Shown: positions 61,901-64,000 of the stretch, piece by piece
Layout: each line of letters starts with the position of its first letter
How positions within the stretch are numbered: the first letter of the stretch is position 1
From: Eledone cirrhosa
Lineage: Eukaryota
DNA: 64,000 nucleotides
Direction: 5' to 3'
Assembly (NCBI GenBank): GCA_964016885.1
Contig: OZ024741.1
Span: 395,994,001 to 396,058,000 of the forward strand
The notes under the pieces: generated by a model
Told to the model about the DNA's origin: nothing
What the model saw: the letters and a program-made list of their open reading frames with translations, nothing else
The model's database searches: none
Position numbers and translations under genes: made by a program

Positions 61901-64000
61901 CAAAGTGCATCAATCAGTCACACCACAAGGGTCAAAGTGCATCACAGTCACACCACAAGGGTAAAAGTGCATCAATCAGTCACACCACAAGGGTCAAAGT
62001 GCATCAATCAGTCACACCACAAGGGTCAAAGTGCATCAATCAGTCACACCACAAGAGTCAAAGTGCATCAATCAGCCGCACCACAAGGGTCAAAGTGCAT
62101 CAATCAGTCACACCACAAGAGTCAAAGTGCATCAATCAGTCACACCACAAGGGTCAAAGTGCATCAATCAGTCACACCACAAGGGTCAAAGTGCATCAAT
62201 CAGTCACACCACAAGGGTCAAAGTGCATCAATCAGTCACACCACAAGGGTCAAAGTGCATCAATCAGTCACACCACAAGGGTCAAAGTGCATCAATCAGT
62301 CACACCACAAGAGTCAAAGTGCATCAATCAGTCACACCACAAGGGTCAAATTGCTTCAATCAGTCACACCACAAGGGTCAAAGTGCATCAATCAGTCACA
62401 CCACAAGAGTCAAAGTGCATCAATCAGCCACACCACAAGGGTCAAAGTGCATCAATCAGTCACACCACAAGGGTCAAAGTGCATCAATCAGTCAGACCAC
62501 AAGGGTCAAAGTGGATCAATCAGTCACACCACAAGGGTCAAAGTGCATCAGTCAGTCACACCACAAGGGTCAAAGTGCATCAATCAGTCACACCACAAGA
62601 GTCAAAGTGCATCAATCAGTCACACCACAAGAGTCAAAGTGCATCAATCAGTCACACCACAAGGGTCAAATTCCTTCAATCAGTCACACCACAAGGGTCA
62701 AAGTGCATCAATCAGTCACACCACAAGAGTCAAAGTGCATCAATCAGTCACACCACAAGGGTCAAAGTGCATCAATCAGTCACACCACAAGGGTCAAAGT
62801 GCATCAATCAGTCACACCACAAGGGTCAAAGTGCATCAATCAGTCACACCACAAGGGTCAAAGTGCATCAATCAGTCACACCACAAGAGTCAAAGTGCAT
62901 CAATCAGCCACATCACAAGGGTCAAAGTGCATCAATCAGTCACACCACAAGAGTCAAAGTGCATCAATCAGTCACACCACAAGGGTCAAAGTGCATCAAT
63001 CAGTCACACCACAAGAGTCAAAGTGCATCAATCAGTCACACCACAAGGGTCAAATTCCGTCAATCAGTCACACCACAAGGGTCAAAGTGCATCAATCAGT
63101 CACACCACAAGGGTCAAAGTGCATCAATCAGTTACACCACAAGGGTCAAAGTGCATCAATCAGTCACACCACAAGGGTCAAATTCCTTCAATCAGTCACA
63201 CCACAAGGGTCAAAGTGCATCAATCAGTCACACCACAAGAGTCAAAGTGCATCAATCAGTCACACCACAAGAGTCAAAGTGCATCAATCAGCCACACCAC
63301 AAGGGTCAAAGTGCATCAATCAGTCACACCACAAGGGTCAAAGTGCATCAATCAGTCAGACCACAAGCGTCAAAGTGGATCAATCAGTCACACCACAAGT
63401 GTCAAAGTGCATCAATCAGTCACACCACAAGGGTCAAAGTGCATCAATCAGTCACACCACAAGAGTCAAAGTGCATCAATCAGTCACACCACAAGAGTCA
63501 AAGTGCATCAATCAGTCACACCACAAGGGTCAAATTCCTTCAATCAGTCACACCACCAGGGTCAAAGTGCATCAATCAGTCACACCACAAGAGTCAAAGT
63601 GCATCAATCAGTCACACCACAAGGGTCAAAGTGCATCAATCAGTCACACCACGAGGGTCAAAGTGCATCAATTAGTCACACCACAAGGGTCAAAGTGCAT
63701 CAATCAGTCACACCAGAAGGGTCAAAGTGCATCAATCAGTCACACCACAAGAGTCAAAGTGCATCAATCAGCCACACCACAAGGGTCAAAGTGCATCAAT
63801 CAGTCACACCACAAGAGTCAAAGTGCATCAATCAGTCACACCACAAGGGTCAAAGTGCATCAATCAGTCACACCACAAGGGTCAAAGTGCATCATTCAGT
63901 CACACCACAAGGGTCAAAGTGCATCAATCAGTCACACCACAAGGGTCAAAGTGCATCAATCAGTCACACCACAAGGGTCAAGGTGCATCAATCAGTCACA
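52915..64000. repeat. 32-bp satellite, >11 kb (~345 units), continuing beyond the window
   Basis: Unit CATCAATCAGTCACACCACAAGGGTCAAAGTG with recurrent AGAGTC and AATTCCTT variants. Confidence 0.98.

Noticed and set aside
52978-63675. Giant ORFs up to 2334 aa
   Set aside because: The 32-bp unit lacks stops on the plus strand, so all three frames are open with the same cyclic peptide. These are satellite artefacts with no splice or start evidence.

Overview
AT-rich, repeat-dense metazoan genomic DNA. A cephalopod (Octopus-like) origin is inferred from the repeat landscape, not proven. One host gene is supported: a complete 9-exon MBTPS2 (site-2 protease) on the minus strand, 47427->3907. It has a 1494-nt CDS (497 aa by my manual splice), HEFGH and NVIPCYALDG catalytic motifs, and a final intron with textbook U12-type (minor spliceosome) signals. 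Almost everything else is mobile or tandem DNA: two near full-length but disabled L1/Tx1-type LINEs; five large RTE-type LINE copies whose RT carries an inserted C4HC3 PHD finger; CRE-like restriction-like-endonuclease LINE relics; several SINE families; TTAA-flanked piggyBac-like MITEs; and many minisatellites, including an 11-kb 32-bp satellite that produces spurious giant ORFs. The most notable observations are three decoy copies of the exon-7 splice acceptor, satellites visibly born from retroposon 3' UTRs, a SINE with four tandem tRNA-like heads, phase-specific LINE insertion into a minisatellite, a splice acceptor directly before an RTE ATG, a decayed Penelope-type hammerhead next to a 71-nt hairpin, and a satellite unit made of PBX-HOX, RUNX and DR1-like motifs. 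No CRISPR array or prokaryotic system is present.
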